Shown here: positions 9,376 through 18,925 of the stretch, piece by piece
Position numbering within the stretch: position 1 is the stretch's first letter
How the letters are laid out: each line of letters begins with the position of its first letter
Source of the DNA: Candidatus Dormibacteria bacterium
GTDB lineage: Bacteria; Chloroflexota; Dormibacteria; Aeolococcales; Aeolococcaceae
DNA length: 64,000 bases
Reading direction: 5' to 3'
Assembly (NCBI GenBank): GCA_050011555.1
Contig: JBEKIT010000002.1
Coordinates: forward strand, 91,419-155,418
Position numbers and translations under genes: made by a program
Notes under the pieces: generated by a model
The model's database searches: none
What the model saw: the letters and a program-made list of their open reading frames with translations, nothing else
Told to the model about the DNA's origin: nothing

Positions 9376-9522
9376 TCAGCGCGGGCCGGTCGGCGTGAGG
9401 CGCTTCCGTCCCTTGAGGCGGCGCGCCTTGAGCACGTTCCGACCGCCCGGCGTCGACATCCGGGCACGGAACCCGTGAGTCTTGCGGCGGTACGCCTTCT
9501 TGGGTTGATACGTTCGCTTTAT
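9376..9522 (-). CDS. rpmH: 50S ribosomal protein L34. The apparent initiation codon is ATA (Ile), preceded by a perfect AGGAGA SD at -6.
   Basis: Translation [44 protein letters not shown] matches the L34 consensus MKRTYQPS..RKR.HGFRARM. There is no in-frame ATG, GTG or TTG at the expected site. Confidence 0.8.
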   Translation of the reverse strand: MKRTYQPKKAYRRKTHGFRARMSTPGGRNVLKARRLKGRKRLTPTGPR

Positions 9523-9865
9523 CGGAGCTCTCCTGCCGTGAGACGTTCGCAAATCGCGCCCGGGGACGCCACGGAGCGCCGCGCCCGGACGGCGTGGTCA
9601 CGCCAGTATATTCGTTCCACCCACCCATCCCGGTCGCCCATCCGGGCGGCGACGCCGGCCGGCGGGCGCTCCGGCTCCCCGGCGGCCGCCTCGCTGACGC
9701 CTCGCGGCCTGCCGGCTGGGCCAGAGGGTCCCGCTTCCCGACCGGCTCGCCCGCCGGTTGTCGAGCGCCCCCGCCATTGCTAGACTGACGGATGCTCCGG
9801 CGGGACTAGTTCCCGCAGTCGCCCCAGCTAACGTTGACAGGCCCGTCCGGAAGTGGCGTCGAAGT

Positions 9866-9896
9866 TTATCCACTCCTGTTCACATCCTGTGGACAA
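9866..9896. promoter_or_regulatory. DnaA-box pair upstream of dnaA: TTATCCACT (9866-9874) and TGTGGACAA (9888-9896, the complement of TTGTCCACA)
   Basis: Matches of 8/9 and 9/9 to the TTATCCACA / TTGTCCACA consensus. Typical dnaA autoregulatory position. Confidence 0.5.
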
Positions 9897-9953
9897 GTGG
9901 CGACGGGAAGGCGGAGGTCGGTTTGTGGCTTCGGCGCATGGGCGACGCGAGGT

Positions 9954-11363
9954 GTGGTTTTGACGGTCGGGGCCGATGACGGCATCGTCCCGACGGACAC
10001 CGACCGCGCCTCGGCCCAGCAGGTCTGGAGCTCCGCGCAGGAGGAGCTCCGCTTCCAGCTGGCGCGGCCCAGCTACGAGACGTGGCTGGCCACCGCCACC
10101 CTCGTCGACAGCGACGGCCAGCGGTTCCTGATCGGGGTCCCGACCCGGCTGGCCCGCGACTGGGTCTCCGAGCGCTTCGTCTCGGTAATCCAGGAGGTCC
10201 TGTCCGGCCTTCTCGGTCATGAGTGCCAGGTGGAGATCACCGTCGACCCCATGGCCAGCCCCCCGCGCGACGAGCCGGCGCCACTCAGCGACTCCGACCT
10301 GGCCCCGGAGACCGACCTCGCCCCTGCCGGTGAGTCCCGGCTCAACCCGAACTTCACCTTCTCGAGCTTCGTCGTCGGCAATTCCTCGCGCTTCGCCCAC
10401 GCCGCGTGCCGGGCGGTCGCCGACGCTCCCGGCAAGGCCTACAACCCGCTCTTCCTGTACGGCGGTGTCGGCCTGGGGAAGACCCATCTCATGCACGCCA
10501 TCGGCCACGCGGTCCGCGAGGGCCACCGCCGGTCCCCGAAGGTCGCCTACATCACCTCCGAGAAATTCACGAACGAGATGATCTCTGCGATCCAGGAGAA
10601 CAAGACCAACGACTTCCGACATCGGTATCGGACCGTCGACGTCCTCCTCATCGACGACATCCAGTTCCTGGCCGGCAAGGACCGGACCCAGGAGGAGTTC
10701 TTCCATACCTTCAACGCCCTCCACGAGATCCAGAAGCAGATCGTGGTCAGTAGCGACCGCCCTCCCAAAGACATCCCCACCCTCGAGGACCGGTTGCGCA
10801 GCCGCTTCGAGGGTGGGCTGATGGCGGACATCCAGCCACCCGACGTGGAGACCCGGATGGCCATCCTCAAGACCAAGCTCGGTCCCCACAGCCGCCTCGT
10901 CCCGGACGAGGTCTGCAGCTTCATCGCCCACCGCATCCAGAGGAACATCCGGGAGCTGGAGGGGGCTCTCATCCGCGTCCTCGCCCACGCCTCGATCAAT
11001 GGCCACGCCATCACCCTCGAGATGGCCCAGCGCATCCTCAGCGACATCATCCCGGTGGCCGACGTCCAGCCGATCAGCATCCCCTTCATCCAGGAAACCG
11101 TCGCCGAGTACTACGGCATCGGCGTCGAGGAGATGAAGGGCAAGCGCCGGGACAAACACATCGTCTTCCCCCGCCAGGTCTCCATGTACCTCATCCGGGA
11201 GGAGACCGACTCCTCCCTGCCGGTGATCGGCGACGCCTTCAGCGGCCGGGATCACACCACCGCCCTCCACGCCATCGACAAGATCACCGAGCTGCTCCGC
11301 GAGGACACCCGCCTCCAGAGCGACATCCGCCTGCTCCGTCAGCGCCTCCATGCCCATGGCTGA
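9954..11363 (+). CDS. dnaA: Chromosomal replication initiator DnaA. Start GTG at about 9954 or TTG at 9960. There is no in-frame ATG.
   Basis: AAA+ Walker [11 protein letters not shown], Walker B, sensor motifs and the C-terminal DNA-binding domain HTTALHA. Confidence 0.9.
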   Translation: MVLTVGADDGIVPTDTDRASAQQVWSSAQEELRFQLARPSYETWLATATLVDSDGQRFLIGVPTRLARDWVSERFVSVIQEVLSGLLGHECQVEITVDPMASPPRDEPAPLSDSDLAPETDLAPAGESRLNPNFTFSSFVVGNSSRFAHAACRAVADAPGKAYNPLFLYGGVGLGKTHLMHAIGHAVREGHRRSPKVAYITSEKFTNEMISAIQENKTNDFRHRYRTVDVLLIDDIQFLAGKDRTQEEFFHTFNALHEIQKQIVVSSDRPPKDIPTLEDRLRSRFEGGLMADIQPPDVETRMAILKTKLGPHSRLVPDEVCSFIAHRIQRNIRELEGALIRVLAHASINGHAITLEMAQRILSDIIPVADVQPISIPFIQETVAEYYGIGVEEMKGKRRDKHIVFPRQVSMYLIREETDSSLPVIGDAFSGRDHTTALHAIDKITELLREDTRLQSDIRLLRQRLHAHG

Positions 11364-11697
11364 CACCCTCTCCCCGGCATCCATCTCCAGCCGCCGGCGA
11401 GGAGCTCAGAGCAGCCTCCAGAGGAAGGCCTCCCGGACCGGTGCCAACCCCTGTGGAGATCACCGCCCAGGACTGTGGCAAACCCGCGGTCCCGCCCCCA
11501 CCTGGGCGAAACCCCCGAGCCCAAGGCAGGCGCTTCCCCAGCCCTCCGCCGGTTTTCCCCAACCCTCTGTATTCGAAAACCAGGGTTATCCCCTGCTTGC
11601 CCACCCCTATTAATCACCTCTTATCTCTACACTGTCACCACCCAAGGAGTCCCCTCCGGTGAACAACTGGCCCACTGGTATCGGCACACGCTCCGCC
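11364..11697. promoter_or_regulatory. Candidate oriC: dnaA-dnaN spacer with degenerate DnaA boxes and a locally AT-richer patch at 11605-11635
   Basis: TGTGGAGAT, TGTGGCAAA and TTATCCCCT box-like 9-mers. ctattaatcacctcttatctctacactg is AT-rich relative to a 72% GC background. The position is conserved for oriC in many bacteria. Confidence 0.4.
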
Positions 11698-12816
11698 ATG
11701 AGGTGCACGGTCTCCCCCTCGGCGCTCAGCGCCTCGTTGAGCCTGGTGTCGAGAGCCGTCTCGCCCCGCTCCACCCTGCCCGTGCTCAGCAACGTCCTCC
11801 TCGAAACCGAGGTCGAGGGGCTCCGGGTGACCGCCACCAACCTCGACCTCACCATCAGCGCGCTGGTCGCCGCCACGGTGCACGAGGAGGGGAGGGTGAC
11901 GGTGCCGGCCCGGCTCCTCGCCGAGTACGTGGCCTCGCTGGACGAGATTACCTGCACCATGGAGGTGGAGGAGCGGACCCAGATGCTCCGGATCAGCTCG
12001 GGCGTGCAGCGGACGAATCTGCATGGGATCGACGCCGTCGAGTTCCCCCCTCTTCCCGCTCGGGAGACGGCTCCGGCATTCGAGGTGGATGCGGCCGCTC
12101 TGCAGCAGGCGATCACCCAGACCGCCGTGGCGGCGTCCGGGGATGAGCAGACCCCCGTCCTCACCGGGGTCCTGCTCCACGTCGAGGGGTCGCGCCTCAC
12201 CTTGGTCGCCACCGATCGTCACCGGCTCGCGGTCAAGACGCTGGACGCCCAGGTGACCATCGAGGGCGCCGTGAACGGGACGGTGATCGTGCCTGCCCGC
12301 CACCTCGCCGAGCTCGCCCGCGCCATCAATCCGTCCCGGCCCACGGTGGGAGTCGCCTTCAGCGACGCCCGCAACCAGGTGTTCTTCACGCTTCGTGACA
12401 TGGAGATCTCGTCGCGACTGATCGAGGGGAACTATCCCAACTACGCGCAGGTGATCCCGGCCCACTCCACCACCACGGTGGTACTGCCCACCGCGCTGCT
12501 CCTCAAGAGCGCCAAGACCGCGGCAGTTCTTGCCAGAGATGCCTCAAACCCGGTGAGGCTACGAGCCGGGAAGGGCGAGCTGGAGCTGATCGCGCAGGCT
12601 GCCGAGATTGGGGATCACGACGCGCCGCTGCCGGCCAGGGTGGAGGGGGAGGAGGTCCAGGTCGCCTTCAACGCCCGCTACCTGCTCGACGCCCTCCAGG
12701 CGATCGACGGCGACGACGTCGAGCTGGCCCTCAATGGACCACTCCAGCCGGCGGTGGTGCGGGCCCAGGGCCACGAGGACTATCTCTGCGTCATCATGCC
12801 GGTGCGGGTGCCGTAG
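11698..12816 (+). CDS. dnaN: DNA polymerase III beta sliding clamp
   Basis: MRCTVSPSAL... aligns with the DnaN N-terminus. Three-domain clamp length. Confidence 0.9.
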   Translation: MRCTVSPSALSASLSLVSRAVSPRSTLPVLSNVLLETEVEGLRVTATNLDLTISALVAATVHEEGRVTVPARLLAEYVASLDEITCTMEVEERTQMLRISSGVQRTNLHGIDAVEFPPLPARETAPAFEVDAAALQQAITQTAVAASGDEQTPVLTGVLLHVEGSRLTLVATDRHRLAVKTLDAQVTIEGAVNGTVIVPARHLAELARAINPSRPTVGVAFSDARNQVFFTLRDMEISSRLIEGNYPNYAQVIPAHSTTTVVLPTALLLKSAKTAAVLARDASNPVRLRAGKGELELIAQAAEIGDHDAPLPARVEGEEVQVAFNARYLLDALQAIDGDDVELALNGPLQPAVVRAQGHEDYLCVIMPVRVP

Positions 12817-12830
12817 GGCACCGGCCCTAG
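12807..12830. terminator. Short GC hairpins (GGTGCC-GTAG-GGCACC or TAGGGC-ACCG-GCCCTA) overlapping the convergent stop codons of dnaN and the DUF721 gene
   Basis: Inverted repeats read directly. No T-tract. Confidence 0.3.
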
Positions 12831-12833
12831 CCC

Positions 12834-13166
12834 TCAGCTCATCGCGGTGAAGCGCAGGCGCTTGACCGCGTCCGCACCGAGGCGGCCGTTGAGAGCTCTG
12901 ACGATGGTGGGCATCTCGAGCTGAAGCTGCTGGGCGAGGGCGCCGTTGCGGGTGGCCACGAGCAGGGTGCCGCGCTGGAGCGAGAGAGCCTCGCAGAGCG
13001 GCGCCAGAGCGGGCCCGACCACCTCGGCGAACGCCTCTTTGAGCTGGACCTCGCGCACCTCACGCTGGACGCCGAGGTGGCGCAGGGCGGTGCCGAGCAC
13101 GTCCGCGATGTGGAGAGGTCCGGGTTCGCGCTCCGGGCGCGGGGGCTGATCGCCGCCGCCGGTCAT
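12834..13166 (-). CDS. DUF721 / DciA-like protein, the usual recF-downstream gene
   Basis: Size, position after recF with a 4-nt overlap, and the conserved hydrophobic pattern of DUF721. Confidence 0.7.
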   Translation of the reverse strand: MTGGGDQPPRPEREPGPLHIADVLGTALRHLGVQREVREVQLKEAFAEVVGPALAPLCEALSLQRGTLLVATRNGALAQQLQLEMPTIVRALNGRLGADAVKRLRFTAMS

Positions 13167-14359
13167 CGTGCCAGCACCGTGCCCTGGCGGACCACGAAGT
13201 GCTGCGAGCGCCGCTCGCCGAAGAGCCCCTCCTCACTGCAGGTCACCATGGTCTGGGGCGCGCCGGCTCCGGTCGCGAGCGCGCCGAGCAGCCGCTCCCG
13301 CCGGGCCGGGTCGAGCTCGCTGAGCACGTCGTCGAGAAGCAGCAGAGGCATCCGGCCGGAGACCCGTCCGACCAGGCGGACCTCGGCGATCTTGGTGGCA
13401 AGGACCGCGGTCCGCTGCTGGCCCTGGGAGCCAGTCGAGCGTGCGGCGCGGTCGTTAAGGACGTACTCCATGTCGTCGCGGTGGGGACCGACCACGGTGG
13501 TGCCGCGTGCCAGCTCCTCAGCGTGAGCGCGGGCGAGCGTGCGCCGCAGGGCGGCCATGGCCTCCTCGCGGTTGTCGGTGGCGGTGGCACCGTGGGGGAC
13601 GTAGCGCATCTCGAGCGCGTCCGTCGCGTCGCTGATCTCTGCCATCGCGGCGGCTGCCAGGGGGCCCAGCGTCCTCACCAGACCGGTTCGCGCCACCCGA
13701 ACTCCGGCGCCGTGCAGGACCAGCGCGTCGTCGAAGGTGCGGAGATGGTCGGGCGCATCACCGCCCTCGAGGTGGAGGCGGCGCAGCAGCGAGTTGCGCT
13801 GCTCGAGGACGCGCCGGTAGCGGACCAGCTCGTCCGCCGCGCCCCGGTCGAGCTGGGCGAGCAGGACGTCGAGAAGCCGGCGCCGTGCCTCCGGGCCGGC
13901 CTTCACCAGCTGCAGGTCGTCGGGCCAGAAGAGCACCACCGGCCAGCGGCCGAGGAGGTCACGGGGGGCGATCGGATGGCCGTCACTCGACGTCGTCCGC
14001 GCGATCCGCGGCGGGGACTCGGCGGGATCCGCGGGACCGGCGCCGGGCTCGCGGACCCGGCGGAGGCGGAGGGCGAGGCTCTCGGACAGCGTCCCCCGGA
14101 CCAGCACCGCGTCCACCGCCGCCTCGTCGGCCCCCCAACGGAGCAGCTCGCCCGCGGTGGTCGTCCGAGGTGAACGGGTGAGCAGGAGCGTGGCCACGGC
14201 CTCCAGCAGGTTGGTCTTCCCCTGCGCGTTCTCGCCGACGAAGACGTTGAGCCCTGGCCCCAACCGGAGGCTCAGCTCGGCGTAGTTCCGGAAGTTGAAG
14301 AGCCGGAGGCTGGCCAGGCCCTCCTCGGGCGATGGAAGGGCCTCCTCCGGGGGGCTCAC
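13163..14359 (-). CDS. recF: DNA replication and repair protein RecF. GTG start overlaps the upstream stop (GTGA).
   Basis: LRLFNFRNY N-terminus, Walker A GENAQGKTNLLEA, ABC signature and the D-loop LLLDDVLSELD. Confidence 0.85.
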   Translation of the reverse strand: MSPPEEALPSPEEGLASLRLFNFRNYAELSLRLGPGLNVFVGENAQGKTNLLEAVATLLLTRSPRTTTAGELLRWGADEAAVDAVLVRGTLSESLALRLRRVREPGAGPADPAESPPRIARTTSSDGHPIAPRDLLGRWPVVLFWPDDLQLVKAGPEARRRLLDVLLAQLDRGAADELVRYRRVLEQRNSLLRRLHLEGGDAPDHLRTFDDALVLHGAGVRVARTGLVRTLGPLAAAAMAEISDATDALEMRYVPHGATATDNREEAMAALRRTLARAHAEELARGTTVVGPHRDDMEYVLNDRAARSTGSQGQQRTAVLATKIAEVRLVGRVSGRMPLLLLDDVLSELDPARRERLLGALATGAGAPQTMVTCSEEGLFGERRSQHFVVRQGTVLAR

Positions 14360-15501
14360 GAGCGTTTCAGGGCCACCGAGCGGATGAGCTCGGCGACCTC
14401 GGCGGCGGCCTCGGGGCGGGCCAGCTGTGCCACCGCGGCCTGCATCGAGAGCAGCGAGGGGGATCCCGGCACCGCCAGCTCGGCAACCTCGTCCACCAGC
14501 TCGGCGTCCCCGGGCACGTAGCGGCCGGCCCCGGTGTCGATGAGCCACTCCATGTTGCCCCGCTCCTGACCGGGCAGGAACCAGGTGATGAGCAGGGGGA
14601 GCCCGGCGCAGAGCGCCTCTGCGATCGTCCCGGGACCCGCTTTGGTGACCACGATGTCCGCCGCCGTCATCCACTGGGCCATGTTGGTCACGAATCCCTG
14701 CACGACGACCGGACGGTCCCGCCGGTCACGGAGGCCGGCGAGGGCCGCCTCGGCGCGGCGGTTGCGCCCGCAGATCACCACCAGGGAGATGTCCAGCCCG
14801 CTGCCGGCGAGCACCCGCGCCCGGCGCTCGATGTCGCCGGAGCCGTCCGCGCCGCTGCAGACCAGCACGGTGAACCGATCGGGGTCGAGCCCGAGCTGGA
14901 GCCGCTGGAGTCGGCGGGCATCCGGGTCCGAGTCATGGCCGGTGAAGCCGGCGTCGACCGGCAGGCCCACTTGGACCAGACGGTCGGCCGGCACCCGGTT
15001 GCGGCGGCAGCGATCCAGCCCGCCCGGGGAGGGGACGATCACCAGGTCGACGTCCGGAGAGGCCCAGAAGGTGTGGACGTCGACCAGGTCGGTGACGGCG
15101 GTGACGATCGGGACCCGGAGGCCGAGACGACGGCGCGCGCGCACCGCGGCACGATTCAGGAGAGGGTGGAAGGAGACGACGGCCGCCGGCTCCAGGGAGG
15201 TCATCAGCCGTGCGATGGCGGGGTCCACGCTGTGCAGCACGAGCTCCGAGACCCGCACCATGGCCCGGGAGTTGGTGGCGTGGAAGAGCCCGCCCCACAC
15301 CCAGGGGGCGTGCTGGATGAGGGGGCCGTACAGCGAGGCGGTGCGTCCCAGCAGGCGGGGCGACGCCGTGGCGAACGGGTCGACGATCTCCACCGTGAAC
15401 TCACCGGGGTGGGCGACCCCGAGGTGGTGGCTGACCGCGGTCGCCGCGGCCCGGTGCCCGCCACCGGTATCGGCGATCAGGAAGAGGAGTGGGCGGGACA
15501 C
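14356..15501 (-). CDS. GT28 family glycosyltransferase (MGDG synthase / diacylglycerol glycosyltransferase-like)
   Basis: LFLIADTGGGHRAAA N-terminal motif and a MurG/MGD-like C-terminal domain. Confidence 0.7.
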   Translation of the reverse strand: MSRPLLFLIADTGGGHRAAATAVSHHLGVAHPGEFTVEIVDPFATASPRLLGRTASLYGPLIQHAPWVWGGLFHATNSRAMVRVSELVLHSVDPAIARLMTSLEPAAVVSFHPLLNRAAVRARRRLGLRVPIVTAVTDLVDVHTFWASPDVDLVIVPSPGGLDRCRRNRVPADRLVQVGLPVDAGFTGHDSDPDARRLQRLQLGLDPDRFTVLVCSGADGSGDIERRARVLAGSGLDISLVVICGRNRRAEAALAGLRDRRDRPVVVQGFVTNMAQWMTAADIVVTKAGPGTIAEALCAGLPLLITWFLPGQERGNMEWLIDTGAGRYVPGDAELVDEVAELAVPGSPSLLSMQAAVAQLARPEAAAEVAELIRSVALKRS

Positions 15502-15551
15502 GGCTCCTGAGACTAGCGAAGCCGACGGTCGGAAAGTCGCCGGGGGCGCGT

Positions 15552-17339
15552 TCAGCCCCCGAAGGAGACGGCGAGAGCCTCGAGTCCCGCGGGCAGCCCG
15601 GTGAGCGGAAGCGGCCCCGAACCGTCCGCGTTGGCGATCACGGCCTCCTCGGCGCCGGGCGCCAGGGTGGTGATGTAGGCGATCTGGCGGCCGCTCGGCG
15701 CCACGCTGGCACTGTCGGGATCGGGGTCGCCGAGCCCGGCGCCGATGGGCGAGAGCATCCCGGTCGCGATGTCGAGCGCGCCGAGCTGCGGTGAGCCTGG
15801 CGGGGCGTTGAGGGCGACCACCAGGGTGGCACTGTCGGTGAACCCCACCGGGGTGATCTGGGTTCCGACTCGGGAGGCGGGGCGGCTGCCGGCGGGGTCG
15901 ACCACCCAGGTGGCGGGAATCGGGCTGGACGGCGAGGTCACCTGGATGGCCAGCTCCTCCCCCTGCGGAGCCGCCACCAGGTGGTCGGCGGTCCCGACCA
16001 CCCCCGGCAGCGGGTACCGGGCGCCGATCGACGGGTTCGCCAGGTCGACGTGGGCGGGGCTGGTGGTGGTCGCCGCCACCGGGATGGCGAGCGCCTCGCC
16101 ATCCGCCGTCCAGACCGGTGGGGCGCTCGGCGACGAGCCCGCGGGGAGCTCGGAGAGGGTGCCGGAGGTGGGGTCGTAGAGCTCCACCGTCGAGTTGGAG
16201 GCGACGAAGGCGAGGGTCGCGCCGTCCGGCGACCAGGCCGGCGAGGTGGCGCCGGTGAGGTCCAGCTGGTCGAGCCCGTTCTGGACGTCGATGATCCGCA
16301 GCACCGGCGGCTGGTTGAGATGGGTCACGTCGGTCTGGACGATGGCCAGCCATTGCCCGCCCGGGGCGAGGCTCGCGCTGTCGATGACGGCGGTCGGCTG
16401 CCCGGGCCCCACATCACCGCAGTCGTCCGGGTCGGAGCAGACGGGCACGGAGTCGAGGACCTGGGCGGGGATGGGAAGTCCGGTGGCGGGCGCGGTGAGC
16501 TGCGCGAGCATCACCGTGGTGGCGGCTCCCAGGCTGGGCCCGGCCAGGACCAGGAGGTGCCCCTCTGCCAGCAGCGCGGTGGTCCGGAAGTGGACGGTGA
16601 TCGGGGATGAGATCGGTTGCCCGAAGGCGTCGGTGGCCCGGCGGCTGACCGTGAGGGTGTACGGGGTGCCGGGGGCCAGCGGGCGCTCCGGAATGACCTC
16701 GAACTGGCCGAGGTCGAGCGGGTTGCGGACCACCTCGAGGCCGGTCGCCTCCGGGCTGAGCGAGACGGCGGCGGCCAGCGCGGACGCGGACATCGCCCGC
16801 GAGAACGAGAGCAGCAGCGGGGTGTCGCGAGCCACGCTGGCACCGTCGCCGGGGGTCGCCGAGGTGAGCACCGGGGCTGCGGCGCTGGTCAGGTTCCAGA
16901 CGTGGTCGAGGGAGTTGACGTTGCCGTTGACCGAGGTGACGCCGGCGCCAAGCCTGAAGGTGTACTCGGTGTTCGGGGCGAAGAGGGCGCCGGGATGATG
17001 CAGCACGAAACCCGACTCGCCGGTCAGCCAGGTGATCCAGCAGGGCGCGCCGGGCCGGGCGGTGAAGGCCGCCTCCAGGTTGCATCCGGGTAGCCCGACC
17101 CGCGAGTTCTTCGACTCCACCACGGTGAGACGGGTGGCCACGCTCCGATGGGTGACGGGCTGATCGAAGACGACCTCGACCGTGGCGTTCGCATCGAGCT
17201 GGGTGGAGCCCGCGAGCGGGTTGAGCTGCACGATCTGAGGCGGAGCGCTGAAGCACCCGGTGACCAGCACCGAGGGTGCCAGGAAGGCGATGCCGAGGGG
17301 GATGACCCGGAGCCGGAAGGGGCGGCGGCGAGGGCTCAA
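15552..17339 (-). CDS. Secreted lipoprotein with Ig-like (SbsA/Big-type) domains and a TolB-like PD40 beta-propeller
   Basis: Signal peptide plus lipobox (LVTGC). WSPDGATLAF PD40 repeats. Ig-like beta-rich N-terminal segments. Confidence 0.6.
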   Translation of the reverse strand: MSPRRRPFRLRVIPLGIAFLAPSVLVTGCFSAPPQIVQLNPLAGSTQLDANATVEVVFDQPVTHRSVATRLTVVESKNSRVGLPGCNLEAAFTARPGAPCWITWLTGESGFVLHHPGALFAPNTEYTFRLGAGVTSVNGNVNSLDHVWNLTSAAAPVLTSATPGDGASVARDTPLLLSFSRAMSASALAAAVSLSPEATGLEVVRNPLDLGQFEVIPERPLAPGTPYTLTVSRRATDAFGQPISSPITVHFRTTALLAEGHLLVLAGPSLGAATTVMLAQLTAPATGLPIPAQVLDSVPVCSDPDDCGDVGPGQPTAVIDSASLAPGGQWLAIVQTDVTHLNQPPVLRIIDVQNGLDQLDLTGATSPAWSPDGATLAFVASNSTVELYDPTSGTLSELPAGSSPSAPPVWTADGEALAIPVAATTTSPAHVDLANPSIGARYPLPGVVGTADHLVAAPQGEELAIQVTSPSSPIPATWVVDPAGSRPASRVGTQITPVGFTDSATLVVALNAPPGSPQLGALDIATGMLSPIGAGLGDPDPDSASVAPSGRQIAYITTLAPGAEEAVIANADGSGPLPLTGLPAGLEALAVSFGG

Positions 17340-18925
17340 TAGGCGCGGGAGAGGGCGCTCTCCACGTCGATCGCCGCCATGGCACCGGTGCCGCTCTTCA
17401 CCTCGATCCGGGCCGCCTTGTCGGTCGCGATCTTGGCCACCCCGGTGGTTGCCGTGCTGAGTGCGGGGTTGGTCTGCGTATAGGAGCCGAGCACGTGGCC
17501 CTGGCTGAGCATGATGATCCCGACGTCCGAGCTCCCCACCACCAGCACGGCTCCGTCCACAGCCTCCTCGGTCAGGTAGGCGAGCAGTGCGTCGAAGTTC
17601 ACGAACCGCCCCAGGAGGCCGGTATAGAGGAGGGGGGCGGTCAGCAGGATGCCGATCCCCTCCACGATCTCGCTCGCGAGGTCGATGACGTCCAGCATCC
17701 CAGCCCCCGCGTCCATGCTGCGGCGGATCGCCTGGAAGGCGCCCTCACCGGATCGGGACCCGGGGGCACTGGACCGCGCGTCGAGGAGGTGGCCCTGATG
17801 AAAGAGGAGCAGCGCCGAGAAGTCGGGGGCGGTGAGCCGCACGTAGCCCGTGTGCTGGTCCCCGCGCAGGGTGCGGATGAGCTTGGGGAAGTCGACGAAG
17901 GCGCTCTTCAGCCCCTCGTACTGGGCCCGGCCCGAAGGGAGGGGATACATGATCTCGAGCGGCTCGACCGCCGGAGCACCCATGACCGCCGCCGGCTCAG
18001 GCGCCGGCTCCGCAGCCGGGGGAGGCTCGGGGCGGGGCACGCTCCTGACCGGGGCCGAAGGCTCCTGCCGGTACTGCGGGGCCGGTGCGGGAGCGGGCGC
18101 CGGGATCGGCTGCGGTTCGGCGGGCTGGTAATGCGCCGCCGCGGGAGCGGGGGCCGGGGCGCTCGGGGTCGGAGCCGGGGCCGGGGCCGCGGGCGCCGGG
18201 GCGGGTTCCGGGGTGAGGGTGGGAGCGGGAGCATTCCACGGCGAGTAGCCGGCGGCCTGCTGCTCCGCGCCGAAGTTGGGGACCGCCGAGGTCCAGGCGG
18301 GCTCCGGGTATCCGCCGCCGGGCTCGCTGTAGGTGGCTACCCCGTAGTCCTCGGCCTCCTCATAGGCGGTGCCCGTCCAGCCGGCCTGGTCCGCTGCACC
18401 GGCGGGGGGAGCCTCCGGCGTGCGCCGCTCCGCCTCGGCGATCAGCTCCGCGGGGGACGACTTGATCGTCTCCTCGGGCGGGAGCTTGGCGCGGGGGTCG
18501 AAGCGGAAGGTGCCGTCATGCCAGCTCAGCGCGTTGAGGACGACGTCCTCCCCCTGCCCCGACGGGCCGGCGGCATGGAAGAGGTGGCCAAACAGGAAGA
18601 AGAGCGATGCGGTGTCATTCTCGCTCTCGAGCGCGAGGGCACCCGTCGCGCGCTCCGTCTGCATGGTTTGGAGCAGGGTTGCCAGGTTGGATTCCTGCAG
18701 CAAGCCCTGAGTCTGCACAGGCCCTTCTCCGTGTGGGGATAGATCTGCCGCAAGGGCGGAATCAGAATCTGAGTTCGGCCGTATAGTAACAACCCCGCGC
18801 CCGATGCGCGGCGGTCTTTCCAAGGCGAGCAAGGGGGCTGGGTGAGCCGGACCCCGACCGGGCCTCTCCTGGAAACCGTCTAGACTGAGGCCGTGGGCAT
18901 TCCTCGCATGCCGGTACGCCGACAT
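17336..18925 (-). CDS. Protein with two DUF4388 (PATAN-like) domains separated by a Pro/Ala-rich linker. N-terminal extent uncertain.
   Basis: NLATLLQTMQTERATGALAL and FPKLIRTLRGDQHTGYVRL fit the DUF4388 signature. The linker is PAPAPAAPAPAPTP. 4-nt overlap with the downstream lipoprotein gene. Confidence 0.55.
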   Translation of the reverse strand: MSAYRHARNAHGLSLDGFQERPGRGPAHPAPLLALERPPRIGRGVVTIRPNSDSDSALAADLSPHGEGPVQTQGLLQESNLATLLQTMQTERATGALALESENDTASLFFLFGHLFHAAGPSGQGEDVVLNALSWHDGTFRFDPRAKLPPEETIKSSPAELIAEAERRTPEAPPAGAADQAGWTGTAYEEAEDYGVATYSEPGGGYPEPAWTSAVPNFGAEQQAAGYSPWNAPAPTLTPEPAPAPAAPAPAPTPSAPAPAPAAAHYQPAEPQPIPAPAPAPAPQYRQEPSAPVRSVPRPEPPPAAEPAPEPAAVMGAPAVEPLEIMYPLPSGRAQYEGLKSAFVDFPKLIRTLRGDQHTGYVRLTAPDFSALLLFHQGHLLDARSSAPGSRSGEGAFQAIRRSMDAGAGMLDVIDLASEIVEGIGILLTAPLLYTGLLGRFVNFDALLAYLTEEAVDGAVLVVGSSDVGIIMLSQGHVLGSYTQTNPALSTATTGVAKIATDKAARIEVKSGTGAMAAIDVESALSRAY

